32,394 nt of DNA from Gemmatimonadaceae bacterium (lineage in GTDB: Bacteria; Gemmatimonadota; Gemmatimonadetes; Gemmatimonadales; Gemmatimonadaceae), in NCBI GenBank assembly GCA_035310785.1, contig DATGDQ010000287.1, forward strand, positions 1-32,394. Direction: 5' to 3'. Under the pieces are notes generated by a model that was not told the DNA's origin, did no database searches, and saw nothing but the letters and a program-made list of their open reading frames with translations. Both the position numbers and the translations under genes were made by a program. Each line of letters opens with the position of its first letter. The stretch's first letter is position 1. This document shows positions 7,261 to 16,536 of the stretch, piece by piece.

Positions 7261-8553
7261 CTACCCCGCGCGCGCCACCTGCTGCGATGCGCGTGTCACC
7301 GCCAGAGCGCGCAGGTTCGGCGTCCAGACGCTCACTCGATTGCGCCCGCCATCCTTGGCGGCGTAGAGCGCTTCGTCGGCGCGGGAGTGCAGGTCGTGCA
7401 GAATGTTCTCATCGTGCACGCGATCGGCGACGAGCCCGATGCTCACGGATACGGCGAGCTTGGATACGCCCGGGAATCGATGCAGGCTCACTGCATCCCG
7501 CATGCGAGTGGCGAGGTGAAGGGCTCCGGCGGATGACGTTTCGGGGAGCAGGAGCGTGAACTCGTCTCCGCCCGTTCGCGCGACACAATCGCCGCCGCGC
7601 GCGAGCGAGCGGAGCAGCTCCCCCACCTGCTGGATGACCGTGTCGCCGGCCTGGTGTCCCCAGCTGTCGTTGATCTCCTTGAAGTAGTCGATGTCGAGCG
7701 CGACCAGCGCCACATCCTTGCCCGTACGCGCCGCACGTGCGAGCTCGCGCTTCAGCTGCTGCTCCAGCCCTCGACGGTTGAGGCATCCGCTCAGAGGATC
7801 GGTGAGCACGAGATTCGCGAGCTGCGCGCGCACGCGATTGTAGGAGCGGCCGACCATCGTCACGGCATCGGGGCGATGCTCGCGCGAGAGGTCGAACTCC
7901 TCGCTGAAGTCTCCTTCCTGCGCGCTCTCGAACAGGGACGAGAGCCGGTGCAGCCGACTCTTGAACGATCCGTAGGGGATGATGAACGTCGACGCGGCAA
8001 GCACGAACAGCGCGAGCGTCGAGAGCTCCTGCGCCCACCCGAGCGCGAGTCCGGGGCCCGTGACGTCGCGAATCATTGCGAGGTAGCCGAGCACGATGGC
8101 CGCGAGCGCGCCCCACGCGATCGTGCGCCCGAAGTAGAACTCGCTGAGATGCAGAATCGCGAAGCCGACGATCAACGAGCGGGAATAGTACTCCGGCGGC
8201 GTGGCGACACCCGTGATCGCGAAGACGAAGAGAATGTCCGCGGCGACGACGCCGAGCACGACACCATGCGTCGCCTCCCCCGTGCGTCGCACGAGCACCG
8301 TCAACAGCACCGTGACGAGCACGTACGAGGCCACCGCGGCAACGCTCGAGAGCGAGATGCGCGGAACCGCATCGGATGCGAAGAGCGCGATGCCGATCGA
8401 AGCGAGAAGGAGAGCAAAGCCCAGGCGGATCCTGCTCTGCCACAGCAGGATCTCTCCGTTCGCTTGCTCCGTTGTAGGTGTCTTCGTAGAAGTGTCCGAC
8501 TGTGGTATGGGCCACGGAAAAAGCGATCCGCGTGCCATCCCCTCCTCGCTCAT
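7261..8553 (-). CDS. membrane-anchored diguanylate cyclase (GGDEF domain with RxxD I-site)
   Basis: The C-terminal GGDEF domain reads DPLSGCLNRRG...ALDIDYFKEINDSWGHQAGD...RGGDCVARTGGDEFTLLL...SIGL...ADEALYAAKDGGRN. The N-terminal half has about 6 hydrophobic helices. The tracked ORF extends to 8703, but the likely start is the ATG at 8553 (MSEEGMARG) or 8538. The upstream extension is Arg/Ala-rich. Confidence 0.85.
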   Translation of the reverse strand: MSEEGMARGSLFPWPIPQSDTSTKTPTTEQANGEILLWQSRIRLGFALLLASIGIALFASDAVPRISLSSVAAVASYVLVTVLLTVLVRRTGEATHGVVLGVVAADILFVFAITGVATPPEYYSRSLIVGFAILHLSEFYFGRTIAWGALAAIVLGYLAMIRDVTGPGLALGWAQELSTLALFVLAASTFIIPYGSFKSRLHRLSSLFESAQEGDFSEEFDLSREHRPDAVTMVGRSYNRVRAQLANLVLTDPLSGCLNRRGLEQQLKRELARAARTGKDVALVALDIDYFKEINDSWGHQAGDTVIQQVGELLRSLARGGDCVARTGGDEFTLLLPETSSAGALHLATRMRDAVSLHRFPGVSKLAVSVSIGLVADRVHDENILHDLHSRADEALYAAKDGGRNRVSVWTPNLRALAVTRASQQVARAG

Positions 8554-8736
8554 TAACTCTTTGCGCGAAGTCGAGATACGCTCACAGTGAGGAAGAAAAT
8601 GCCGAGCGCGGGGGCTCGCGATTGGCGACGATCCGGCGAATTGCACAGCCCAGTGTGCTGCGGCCAGGCGATCAGGGCGACCCGCGCTCGAACGGCGCGG
8701 CATCGGCGCTCGCGCGAGCTGCTCGACTCGGAGCGA

Positions 8737-9108
8737 CTACTCGGCGCGCCGAATCTTCTCGCGCACCATCCGATTCTTCTCGTCGACGAACACGAGCTTC
8801 GGTGCGAAGTTCTCGAGCTCGCTCTCTTCGTAATCCGCGTAGCTGATGACGATCACATGATCGCCTGCGGCGCCGAGTCGAGCGGCGGCGCCATTGAGCT
8901 GGATCGTCCCGCTGTTGCGCTCTCCCTCAATGACGTAGGTCTCGAGACGCGAGCCGTTGTTGACGTTCACGACCTGAACCTTCTCGAACGGCAGGATGTC
9001 TGCGGCTTCCATGAGCGCGACATCGAGCGTCAGGCTTCCTTCGTAATGCAGGTCGGCGCCGGTGAGCACGCCGCGGTGCACTTTCGACTTGCACATGGTG
9101 CGGCGCAT
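8737..9108 (-). CDS. panD: aspartate 1-decarboxylase
   Basis: The real start is the ATG at 9108 ([29 protein letters not shown]...), which matches the canonical PanD N-terminus and the G-S self-cleavage site (YEGS). The tracked ORF start at 9255 adds 49 non-homologous residues. Confidence 0.9.
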   Translation of the reverse strand: MRRTMCKSKVHRGVLTGADLHYEGSLTLDVALMEAADILPFEKVQVVNVNNGSRLETYVIEGERNSGTIQLNGAAARLGAAGDHVIVISYADYEESELENFAPKLVFVDEKNRMVREKIRRAE

Positions 9109-9266
9109 GCTGGCGTCGCCTCCCGATGATCTCATGAGTATGCCTGTCCGGATCGGGCAGGCGGATGACGAAATATAGCCGCGGACCAGGATACGACCGC
9201 GCTCGAGGTGATTGCGCAACGCGTGGCAGGCTGTTTCCATACGCGGACCCTTCACCAGGCCCGTAC

Positions 9267-10664
9267 ATGCGCCGCATCGTCGTCTCGTTTCTGCTACTCC
9301 TCTTCACAACCACCGGCTCCGCGCGCGCGCAGGGAGCGCCCGACTGGACAGCGCTTGGCGATGAGACACTCCACACGCTTTCGGAGTACATCAAGGTCAA
9401 CACGACGGACCCGCCGGGGAACGAGCTGAATGCCGCGCGCTTCCTGAAGGCGATCCTCGACAGGGAGGGCATAGAGGCGCAGATCCTCGACACCGCCGAG
9501 CTGGGGCACAACCGCGCGAATCTCTACGCGCGCCTCAAGGGAAACGGCTCGAAGAAGGCGATCGCGCTGGTGCATCACATGGACGTCGTGCCGGTCGCGC
9601 CGAGCTTCTGGTCCGTCGATCCATTTGCGGGGGTCGTGAAGGACGGCTACGTGTGGGGACGGGGTACGCTCGACATGAAGGGCCAGGGGATCGTGCACCT
9701 GATGGCGATGATCGCGCTCAAGCGGAGTGGCGTGCCGCTCAATCGCGACATCGTGTTCATCGGCAACTCCGACGAGGAATTCGGCGGCGAAGGCGCGGTG
9801 GTGTTCGTGAAGCGGCACGCGGATCTGCTCAAGGACGTCGAGTACCTGATGACCGAGGGCGGAGAGAACCTCGTCGTCGGCGGAAAGCTCGAGTACTACG
9901 GCGTCGGCGTGTCGGAGAAGCAGACCGCGTGGCAGAAGATCGTCGTCACCGGCGTGCCTTCGCACGGCTCACGGCCCACCAAGCAGAATCCCGTGCCCAG
10001 GCTGGTCGCGGCTCTCGACAAGATCGCACACTACGAGACGCCGCTCCACGTGCTCCCGGACGTGCAGAAATTTCTTCACGACATCTCGCCGCAGTACAAG
10101 GGCGAGCAGCGCGCGTGGCTCGCCGACGTGAGAAGCGCCGTGAAGATTCCGCGCGCACGCAAGTGGCTGACGGACAACATCTACTGGAACGCGATTCTCC
10201 GGAACACGATCTCGCTCACGGGGCTGCAGGGGTCGAACAAGACGAACGTCATTCCCGCGGAGGCATCGGCCGCCATGGACGTCCGGCTGCTCTCGGATAC
10301 CGATCCGCAAACCTTCATCAACACGCTCAAGCGCATCGTGAACGACACGGCGGTGCACTGGGTGAATCAGATCGAGCCGAAGACGAAGCTTCAGAGCCCG
10401 ATCGACACGGACCTCTTCCACGCAATCGAGAAGGCGTCGCACGATCGGAATCCCGACGTCATCGTGACGACGCCGATGTTCACGGCCGCCACCGACCGCC
10501 CCACCTACCGCGCACTGGGAATCATCACCTACGGATTCGATCCGTTTCTCGTCGAGAACGAGGAGATGCACAGCGGGATGCACGGCAACAACGAGCGACT
10601 GGCGGTGAAGAACATCGGCTTTGGACTGCGGTATCTGTACGACATTCTGCGGTACGCACAGTGA
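9267..10664 (+). CDS. secreted M20-family metallopeptidase
   Basis: The ATG at 9267 gives the signal peptide [23 protein letters not shown]20 blocks seen are [31 protein letters not shown] and MHGNNERL. Confidence 0.85.
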   Translation: MRRIVVSFLLLLFTTTGSARAQGAPDWTALGDETLHTLSEYIKVNTTDPPGNELNAARFLKAILDREGIEAQILDTAELGHNRANLYARLKGNGSKKAIALVHHMDVVPVAPSFWSVDPFAGVVKDGYVWGRGTLDMKGQGIVHLMAMIALKRSGVPLNRDIVFIGNSDEEFGGEGAVVFVKRHADLLKDVEYLMTEGGENLVVGGKLEYYGVGVSEKQTAWQKIVVTGVPSHGSRPTKQNPVPRLVAALDKIAHYETPLHVLPDVQKFLHDISPQYKGEQRAWLADVRSAVKIPRARKWLTDNIYWNAILRNTISLTGLQGSNKTNVIPAEASAAMDVRLLSDTDPQTFINTLKRIVNDTAVHWVNQIEPKTKLQSPIDTDLFHAIEKASHDRNPDVIVTTPMFTAATDRPTYRALGIITYGFDPFLVENEEMHSGMHGNNERLAVKNIGFGLRYLYDILRYAQ

Positions 10665-10667
10665 CGG

Positions 10668-13352
10668 TCAGTCGGACCGGAGCGCGCGCACGGGATCGAG
10701 GCGTGCCGCGCGGCTCGCGGGAATCCACGCGGCGACGGTGCCGACCAGGAGGAGCACGACCGCGACGGAGACGAAGGTGAGCGGATCGGTGGCGCTCACC
10801 TCGTAGAGCAGCGGGGTGATCGCAACGCGCAAGGCGATCGCCGCCACCAGCCCCAGCGCGAGCCCCGCGACGCAGAGCTCGAGCCCCTGTCGCAGCACCG
10901 AGACACGCATCGATGCCGGCTTGGCGCCGAGCGCGATGCGTACGCCGATCTCACGCGTGCGATGCGACGTCGCGAATGCGAGCATGCCATAGAGTCCGAT
11001 CGAGCCGAGGAGCAGTCCCGCGGCGGCCGCGAGCGCGAGCGCGATCATGGCAAAACGCGTCTTGGTCGAGGCCGCGTCGACGATCGAGCGCAGCGTGCGC
11101 ACATCCGTGAGCGGGATGGCCGGGTCGAGCTCGTGGACGATCGCGTGGATGGTGGGAACGAGGGACTCGGGATTGCTGCGCACACGCACCGCGTACGACA
11201 TCCGGCGAGCGAGAAACTCCATGTTCACGCCAGGTGTCGTCACCATCGGATAGTACACCGCCCCGAGCGGCGGCTCTTCGAGCGACGAGCCGTGGATGTC
11301 TCCGACGACCCCCACCACCTCCGACCACGGCCGCTCGTCGTGCACACCCGCGAGGCCGTGTGCCACTCGGATTCCGAGCGGGTCGCGGCCGACCATCCCC
11401 ATCCGAACGACGGCATCCGTGACGATCACCGCGCCGGAACGACGCTCGCTATCGTCGTCGTCGAACGATCGGCCTCGCCGCAGCGGAATTCCCATCGCCT
11501 CGAAGTAGCCCGGCGTCGCCGCTCGCATCTCGGCCGCCGGGGGCAGCGACTTCGATTGCGCGTCGCTGCGATCGATGCGCAGCACATCGCCGGGCGCGGC
11601 ACCTTCGTTGAGCGGCAGATCGCTCGTCGCACCGGCGGCGATCACGCGGGGGAGGCCGCGAATGCGCTGGAGCAGCGCCTCGTGGAAGTGAGCGACATCC
11701 AGCGCCTCGGGGTAGTCGACGTTCGGCAGCGCGATGCGAAAGGTGAGCACGCCGTCCGGGCGAAACCCGATGTCGACTCTCGTGAGATTGTTCGCCGTGC
11801 GCACCATGAGCCCGCACACGACGAGCAGCATCGCGGCCATCGCCACCTGCGCGACGACGAGGAGGTGGCGCATGCGAAGCCTGGTCGCGTCCGCGGTGCC
11901 GCCACGATCCGAGAGTCCGAACAGCGCGGCGCCGCCTGCGCCGCCGGCGGCGAGCGGAGCGATCCCGAAGACCACGGCCGCCCCCGCGGCCACGAGCGCG
12001 GTCACGAGGAGAACGACGCCGTCGATCTGCACCTCGCCCATGCGCGGCAATAGATCCGCGCCGTAGCGGCGCACCATGCCCAGCGCCGCGTAGGCGAACG
12101 CGACACCCAGCGCCGCGCCGAGCAGCACGAGCACGGTGCTCTCGGTGACGCTCTGCGCCACGAGGTGCCGGCGCCCTGCGCCGAGCGCACTGCGGAGCGA
12201 CATCTCGCGCCGCCGTGACTCCGCGCGCACGGCGAGGAGGCTGGCGACGTTCACGCAGGCGATGAGGAGCACGAGCACGACGGTGGCCCACAGCGTCCAG
12301 AGCGTGCGTCGAACGGAGGCGCCGACGACATCGCTGGCGTAGTAGTGCACATCCGGGCGGATCCCGGCGTCTCGCAGCGTCTCGGGCGAGAGAAAATCGA
12401 CGATCGCCGAGACGCGCGGCAGGAGTGTCGCGAGCTCGCGCTGCGCGGCCTCGGGTGTCACGCCGGCGCGGAGCAGTCCGATCTCGGGAGAGTGAAAGCC
12501 CTCGAGATCCTTCGTATCGAGCTGCATCGGCATCCAGAGCTGGACGTCCTCGCTCGGAAAGGCGAGGCCGCGCGGCATCACGCCGATGATCGTGCTCGGG
12601 CGACCGTCGAGCAGCACCGACCGGCCCAGGATTCCGCGGTCGGCACCGAAGCGGCGGCGCCAGAGCGCGTCGCCGATGAGCACCACGCTCGCGGCGCCCG
12701 GCCGGTCCTCCTCGGCGCTGAACGCGCGGCCCAGCTGGGGCGCGACGCCCAGGACGCCGAAGATGCTCTGCGTCGCGTGCGCGCTGTTGAGGCGCTCGGG
12801 TGCGTCGTCGCCGGTGAGCGTCAGCTTGTACGTGTCGTAGACGGCGATCGCCTCGAAGCTCTTCGCGGCGCTGTACACGACGTGGGTGGCGGTCGAGCCC
12901 GGGAGATTGGCAGGGATGCTTCCACCCTTCGTCGTGTGCGCGATCGTGACGAGGCGGTCGGCGTGCGGGTACGGCAGCGGGTGCAGCAGCACGCCGTTGA
13001 CGGCGCTGAACACGGCGGTGTTCCCACCGATCCCGACCCCGAGCGTCAGCACGGCGGCGATGGTGAAGCCTGGCGTCTTGCGGAGCATGCGGAGCGCGAA
13101 GCGCAGATCGTGGAACAGGCGGACGAGATGACGGGCGGGTTGCTCGTCCTGCATTCCCTCACGGTGGCGGAGCACGCCGCCGAAGGAGAGGAGCGCGTCG
13201 CGGTGCGCGCGCTCGGGGGCGCGCCCGAGCCGGCGGTTGCGCTCCGCCTCCATCGCGAGATGAAAGCGCATCTCCTCTTCCGCTTCGGCGGCCACGTCCG
13301 AGCGGTGGATGAATTCGCGCAGCGACATGGTGAGCCATTTGGTGATGCGCAT
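10668..13352 (-). CDS. ADOP-family duplicated orphan permease (two MacB-like periplasmic domains + two FtsX permease domains)
   Basis: It is 894 aa with the typical N-terminus (REFIHRSDVAAEAEEEMRFHLAMEAERN..., LRKTPGFTIAAVLTLGVGIGGNTAVFS). The architecture is duplicated, with four TM helices per half and a C-terminal ...RIALGA...SRAARLDPVRALRSD. It lies directly downstream of a PadR gene, which is the usual context for this family. Confidence 0.85.
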   Translation of the reverse strand: MRITKWLTMSLREFIHRSDVAAEAEEEMRFHLAMEAERNRRLGRAPERAHRDALLSFGGVLRHREGMQDEQPARHLVRLFHDLRFALRMLRKTPGFTIAAVLTLGVGIGGNTAVFSAVNGVLLHPLPYPHADRLVTIAHTTKGGSIPANLPGSTATHVVYSAAKSFEAIAVYDTYKLTLTGDDAPERLNSAHATQSIFGVLGVAPQLGRAFSAEEDRPGAASVVLIGDALWRRRFGADRGILGRSVLLDGRPSTIIGVMPRGLAFPSEDVQLWMPMQLDTKDLEGFHSPEIGLLRAGVTPEAAQRELATLLPRVSAIVDFLSPETLRDAGIRPDVHYYASDVVGASVRRTLWTLWATVVLVLLIACVNVASLLAVRAESRRREMSLRSALGAGRRHLVAQSVTESTVLVLLGAALGVAFAYAALGMVRRYGADLLPRMGEVQIDGVVLLVTALVAAGAAVVFGIAPLAAGGAGGAALFGLSDRGGTADATRLRMRHLLVVAQVAMAAMLLVVCGLMVRTANNLTRVDIGFRPDGVLTFRIALPNVDYPEALDVAHFHEALLQRIRGLPRVIAAGATSDLPLNEGAAPGDVLRIDRSDAQSKSLPPAAEMRAATPGYFEAMGIPLRRGRSFDDDDSERRSGAVIVTDAVVRMGMVGRDPLGIRVAHGLAGVHDERPWSEVVGVVGDIHGSSLEEPPLGAVYYPMVTTPGVNMEFLARRMSYAVRVRSNPESLVPTIHAIVHELDPAIPLTDVRTLRSIVDAASTKTRFAMIALALAAAAGLLLGSIGLYGMLAFATSHRTREIGVRIALGAKPASMRVSVLRQGLELCVAGLALGLVAAIALRVAITPLLYEVSATDPLTFVSVAVVLLLVGTVAAWIPASRAARLDPVRALRSD

Positions 13353-13365
13353 CGGCTCGCTCCGC

Positions 13366-13698
13366 TCAGGTCTGTGCGAGGAGCGCTTCGACCGCGAGCA
13401 CGTGGCGGCGCCAGCTCGCGGCCTCGCGGCCGGCGGCGCGCTGGCCGGCTGCGGTAAGCTTGTAGTATTTCGCTCGCCGTCCGCTCTCGGTCACGCGCCA
13501 TTCGCTGCCGATCCAGTCTCTGCGCTCGAGACGCTGGAGCGCGGGATAGAGCGAGCCCTGATTCACCTCGAGGGCACCGCTCGTGAGCTGCTGAATCCGT
13601 TGGCTGATTCCCCACCCGTGCATCGGCGCGAGGGTGAGCGTCTTGAGCACCAGCAGATCGATCGTGCCGCGGAGCGGCTCGGTGGAGGACTCGCCCAT
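13366..13698 (-). CDS. PadR-family transcriptional regulator
   Basis: The real start is the ATG at 13698 (MGESSTEPLRGTIDLLVLKTLTLAPMHGWGISQRIQQLTSGALEVNQGSLYPALQRLERRDWIGSEWRVTESGRRAKYYKLTAAG), a classic PadR winged helix. The stop lies 13 nt before the ADOP start. Confidence 0.85.
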   Translation of the reverse strand: MGESSTEPLRGTIDLLVLKTLTLAPMHGWGISQRIQQLTSGALEVNQGSLYPALQRLERRDWIGSEWRVTESGRRAKYYKLTAAGQRAAGREAASWRRHVLAVEALLAQT

Positions 13699-13717
13699 GA
13701 CTCTCCCGGATGAGCGC

Positions 13718-13737
13718 TTCTGTCGAAGTCGACAGAA
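13718..13737. promoter_or_regulatory. perfect 20-bp palindrome TTCTGTCGA-AG-TCGACAGAA, candidate PadR operator
   Basis: The arms are read directly: ttctgtcga (13718-13726), ag, tcgacagaa (13729-13737). It sits 20-39 bp upstream of the PadR start codon and downstream of the terminator at 13781-13812. Confidence 0.45.
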
Positions 13738-13780
13738 CAACATTAGGGCCGTTCCTGTAGAAATCAAGAGGAGAGATGTG

Positions 13781-13812
13781 AAACGCCCGCGGACGAGCTC
13801 CGCGGGCGTTTT
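13781..13812 (-). terminator. rho-independent terminator-like hairpin after the M20D amidohydrolase gene
   Basis: The sequence is aaaCGCCCGCGGA-cgagc-TCCGCGGGCGtttt, a perfect 10-bp GC stem (13 bp counting A/T pairs) with a 5-nt loop. It is flanked by AAA and TTTT, so it could act in either direction. It lies 36 nt downstream of the minus-strand stop at 13849. Confidence 0.6.
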
Positions 13813-13848
13813 CACCTACCGATAACTACGCGCGCGTATCCGTTCGGC

Positions 13849-15489
13849 TCACTGCAGCGTGTTCGGCGTCGCCGCGCAGCTGCCATCCGCCTTGCGAAGC
13901 GTCGGATACGCGATCCCGAGCTGCTGGAGATACGTCGGATACTTCTTCGGATCGTAGTAGAACTTCTTCATTTCCGGACGGTAGCGCGCGAGAATGTCCG
14001 TGTTGAGCTCCGTCGCGGGACGATCCTCGGGTCGCATCAGCGGCTCGTACTTCACCGTCTTCGTCTGCACGTTCCTGAAGTAGCTCCACGCCGAGTCGAC
14101 GAGCGCCGGCCTGAGCAGGATGTCGAGCATCGTGAGCGCCTGTGCCTTCGCACCCGCGGTCGCGCCCTTGTGCGCGATTGGCGTCGCCATCGCGATCGCG
14201 TCCGACCAGTGATGCCCCGGAAGATTCGGCACGTTGCTCGGGTACAACAGCACGATCGTCGGCGCATTCCACGAGATGTCGCCGATGTCGTCCGAGCCGC
14301 CACCCATGTTCAGCGAGTCGGGCACATCGCCCTCGAGCTTCGCAACCGCGGTGTCGAGGCCCGTCGTGTCGCCCTTCACCTCCTTCTGAATCGCGCGCGC
14401 GAACTGCTGATCGGCGGCCGTCCACTTGGGGAGCCCGATCAGCTTGATGTTCTCCGTCATGTCCTCGGCGATCGGCCGATTGAAGTGGCCGGGCCACGCC
14501 GATCCGAGCACGCGCTCGGATGCGAGCTTGGTGCCGGTCATCATCGCGGCGCCCTGTGCCACCGAGTCGCCGATCGCCCAGAGCTCCTTGATCTTCTTGT
14601 AATCGAGCTCGCGGAAGTAGTACCAGACTCCTGCCGTGGGTGGAACGACGTTCGGCTGATCGCCCCCATTGCGGATGACGTAGTGCGAGCGCGTCTGCAG
14701 GCGCAGATGCTCGCGCCGAAAATTCCAGCCCACGTCCATGAGCTCCACCGCGTCGAGGGCGCTGCGTCCGCGCCACGGCGCACCGGCGGCGTGCGCCGCC
14801 TGACCCTCGAAGTTGTAGAGCACACTCACGAGCCCCGATCCCTGTGACGCGCCCCAGCCGGTTTGCAGATTGCTGCCGACGTGCGAGAACAGCACGACAT
14901 CGACGTCCTTGAACACGCCGTCGCGCACGAGATACGCCTTCGAGCCGAGCTGCTCCTCGGCCACACCAGGCCAGATCTTGAGCGTACCGCTCATGTGCTC
15001 GCGTTCCATGATCTTCTTGATCGCGAGCGCCGCCGTGATGTTCACCGCCTGACCCGAGTTGTGCCCTTCACCGTGTCCGGGCGCGCCCTGCACGAGCGGC
15101 AGGTGGCACGCGACTCCCGGGATCTGCGACGCCTGCGGAATGCCATCGAGATCGGAGCCGAGCGCGATGACGGGTTTGCCCGATCCCCACGTTGCAACCC
15201 ACGCGGTGGGAATGCCCGCGACACCCTCGCGCACCGTGAAGCCGTTCTGCTTGAGGATGCCGACGATGTATTTCGATGTCTCGAACTCCTGGAAGCCGAG
15301 CTCCCCGAAGCTGAAGACTTGATCCACGAACTGCTGCGTGAACTGCGCGCGCGAGTCGATGTCCTTCATGGCCTCGGTCTTGAGCGCTGCGAGACGAGGG
15401 TTGGACTGCGACGCGGGGGCCTGAGCGCCAGCGCTCAGCGAACACGCGAGCAGCAGTGAAAGACACGACGGACTTCGGGTGAGATGCAC
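13849..15489 (-). CDS. secreted/lipoprotein M20D-family amidohydrolase (AbgB / aminobenzoyl-glutamate-utilisation-B-like)
   Basis: The tracked ORF runs to 15813, but homology begins after a signal sequence. The GTG at 15489 gives VHLTRSPSCLSLLLACSLSAGAQA, with both a lipobox LLAC and an AQA cleavage site. AbgB-like blocks are FSFGELGFQEFETSKYIV, ALGSDLDGIPQASQ, GHGEGHNSG, HYVIRNGGDQPNVVP and HHWS. Confidence 0.8.
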   Translation of the reverse strand: MHLTRSPSCLSLLLACSLSAGAQAPASQSNPRLAALKTEAMKDIDSRAQFTQQFVDQVFSFGELGFQEFETSKYIVGILKQNGFTVREGVAGIPTAWVATWGSGKPVIALGSDLDGIPQASQIPGVACHLPLVQGAPGHGEGHNSGQAVNITAALAIKKIMEREHMSGTLKIWPGVAEEQLGSKAYLVRDGVFKDVDVVLFSHVGSNLQTGWGASQGSGLVSVLYNFEGQAAHAAGAPWRGRSALDAVELMDVGWNFRREHLRLQTRSHYVIRNGGDQPNVVPPTAGVWYYFRELDYKKIKELWAIGDSVAQGAAMMTGTKLASERVLGSAWPGHFNRPIAEDMTENIKLIGLPKWTAADQQFARAIQKEVKGDTTGLDTAVAKLEGDVPDSLNMGGGSDDIGDISWNAPTIVLLYPSNVPNLPGHHWSDAIAMATPIAHKGATAGAKAQALTMLDILLRPALVDSAWSYFRNVQTKTVKYEPLMRPEDRPATELNTDILARYRPEMKKFYYDPKKYPTYLQQLGIAYPTLRKADGSCAATPNTLQ

Positions 15490-15597
15490 GCGCGACTTCT
15501 CCGCTCGGGGTGAGACGGCGAAGATGCTGCGCGAGCGGTGGATGAGCAACCGCAGAATCGGATAGTTGCGTGCGGCTCGCACGTTTACCTTTGTCGC

Positions 15598-16509
15598 GTG
15601 CCCGACCGCCCTCTCGTCCACGCACCGCGCTCGCAGGTCCTGATCGCGTTCGCAGCCGTCTACATCATCTGGGGCTCGACGTATCTCGCGATTCGATTCG
15701 CGATCGAGACGTTGCCACCGAACCTCATGGTGGGAAGCAGATTCTTCGTCGCGGGCGCGATCATGTACGTCGTTCTGCGCGCGCGCGGTGCCGCGGCGCC
15801 CAGCGCCGTGCACTGGAAGAGTGCGGCGATCATAGGAATCCTCATGCCGGTGCTCGGCACGGGCGTGGTGGTGTGGGCCGAGAAGAAGGTGCCGAGCGGA
15901 ATCGCGGCGCTGCTCGTGTCGATCGAACCGCTGTGGATCGTGCTGCTTCAGTGGTGGCGTCCGGGCGGCAAGCGTCCGAATGCGTGGGTTTTCGGCGGCG
16001 TGGCGCTCGGACTCGCGGGGCTCTACCTGCTCGTCGATCCCCGCAGCGACGCGACGCAGCGAAATCTCGTCGCGGAAGGCATGCTGCTGCTGGCAGCGCT
16101 CTCGTGGGCGATCGGATCACTCTACACGAAGCGCGCGCCGCGGCCGGAGAACGAGTTCGTCGGGACCGCGATGGAGATGATCGTCGCGGGCGTGGTGCTG
16201 GTCGCACTCGGGCTGGCGACGGGCGAGGCGAGTCGCTTCTCCCTGGGCGCCGCGAGCGCCAGGTCGTGGCTCTCGGTGCTCTATCTGATCACCTTCGGCT
16301 CGATCATCGCGTACACGGCGTACGTGTGGCTTCTGGGCGTCGTGAGCGCGACGCTCGTATCCACGTATGCGTTCGTGAACCCGGTCGTTGCCGTCTTTCT
16401 CGGCTGGGCGTTCGCGAGCGAGTCGCTGAATCTGCGCATGATCATCGCAGCCGCGATCATCGTCGTCGCGGTGGCGATCATAACGATCGGGGCGAAAGAC
16501 GAGGAGTAA
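15598..16509 (+). CDS. EamA/DMT-family transporter (10 TM)
   Basis: The sequence LIAFAAVYIIWGSTYLAIRFAIETLPP..., with two EamA halves and FVNPVVAVFLGW, is typical of YedA-like DMT permeases. The start is uncertain: the GTG at 15598 is preferred over the tracked 15538, which would leave only 48 bp to the divergent gene. Confidence 0.75.
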   Translation: MPDRPLVHAPRSQVLIAFAAVYIIWGSTYLAIRFAIETLPPNLMVGSRFFVAGAIMYVVLRARGAAAPSAVHWKSAAIIGILMPVLGTGVVVWAEKKVPSGIAALLVSIEPLWIVLLQWWRPGGKRPNAWVFGGVALGLAGLYLLVDPRSDATQRNLVAEGMLLLAALSWAIGSLYTKRAPRPENEFVGTAMEMIVAGVVLVALGLATGEASRFSLGAASARSWLSVLYLITFGSIIAYTAYVWLLGVVSATLVSTYAFVNPVVAVFLGWAFASESLNLRMIIAAAIIVVAVAIITIGAKDEE

Positions 16510-16510
16510 A

Positions 16511-16536
16511 GGCGGGCGGACGCTCAGTCGCCCGCC
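16511..16536 (-). terminator. GC hairpin between convergent EamA and RND genes (possible terminator of the efflux operon)
   Basis: The arms are GGCGGGCG (16511-16518) and CGCCCGCC (16529-16536) with a 10-nt loop. It overlaps the RND stop codon (16524-16526). On the minus strand it is followed by CCTTTAC, so the U-tract is weak. Confidence 0.35.

Noticed and set aside
15569-15583. Short hairpin CGTGCG-gct-CGCACG followed by tttaccttt in the EamA leader
   Set aside because: It has only a 6-bp stem and no upstream plus-strand gene to terminate. Such hairpins are expected by chance in GC-rich DNA. It is not supported as an attenuator or riboswitch.
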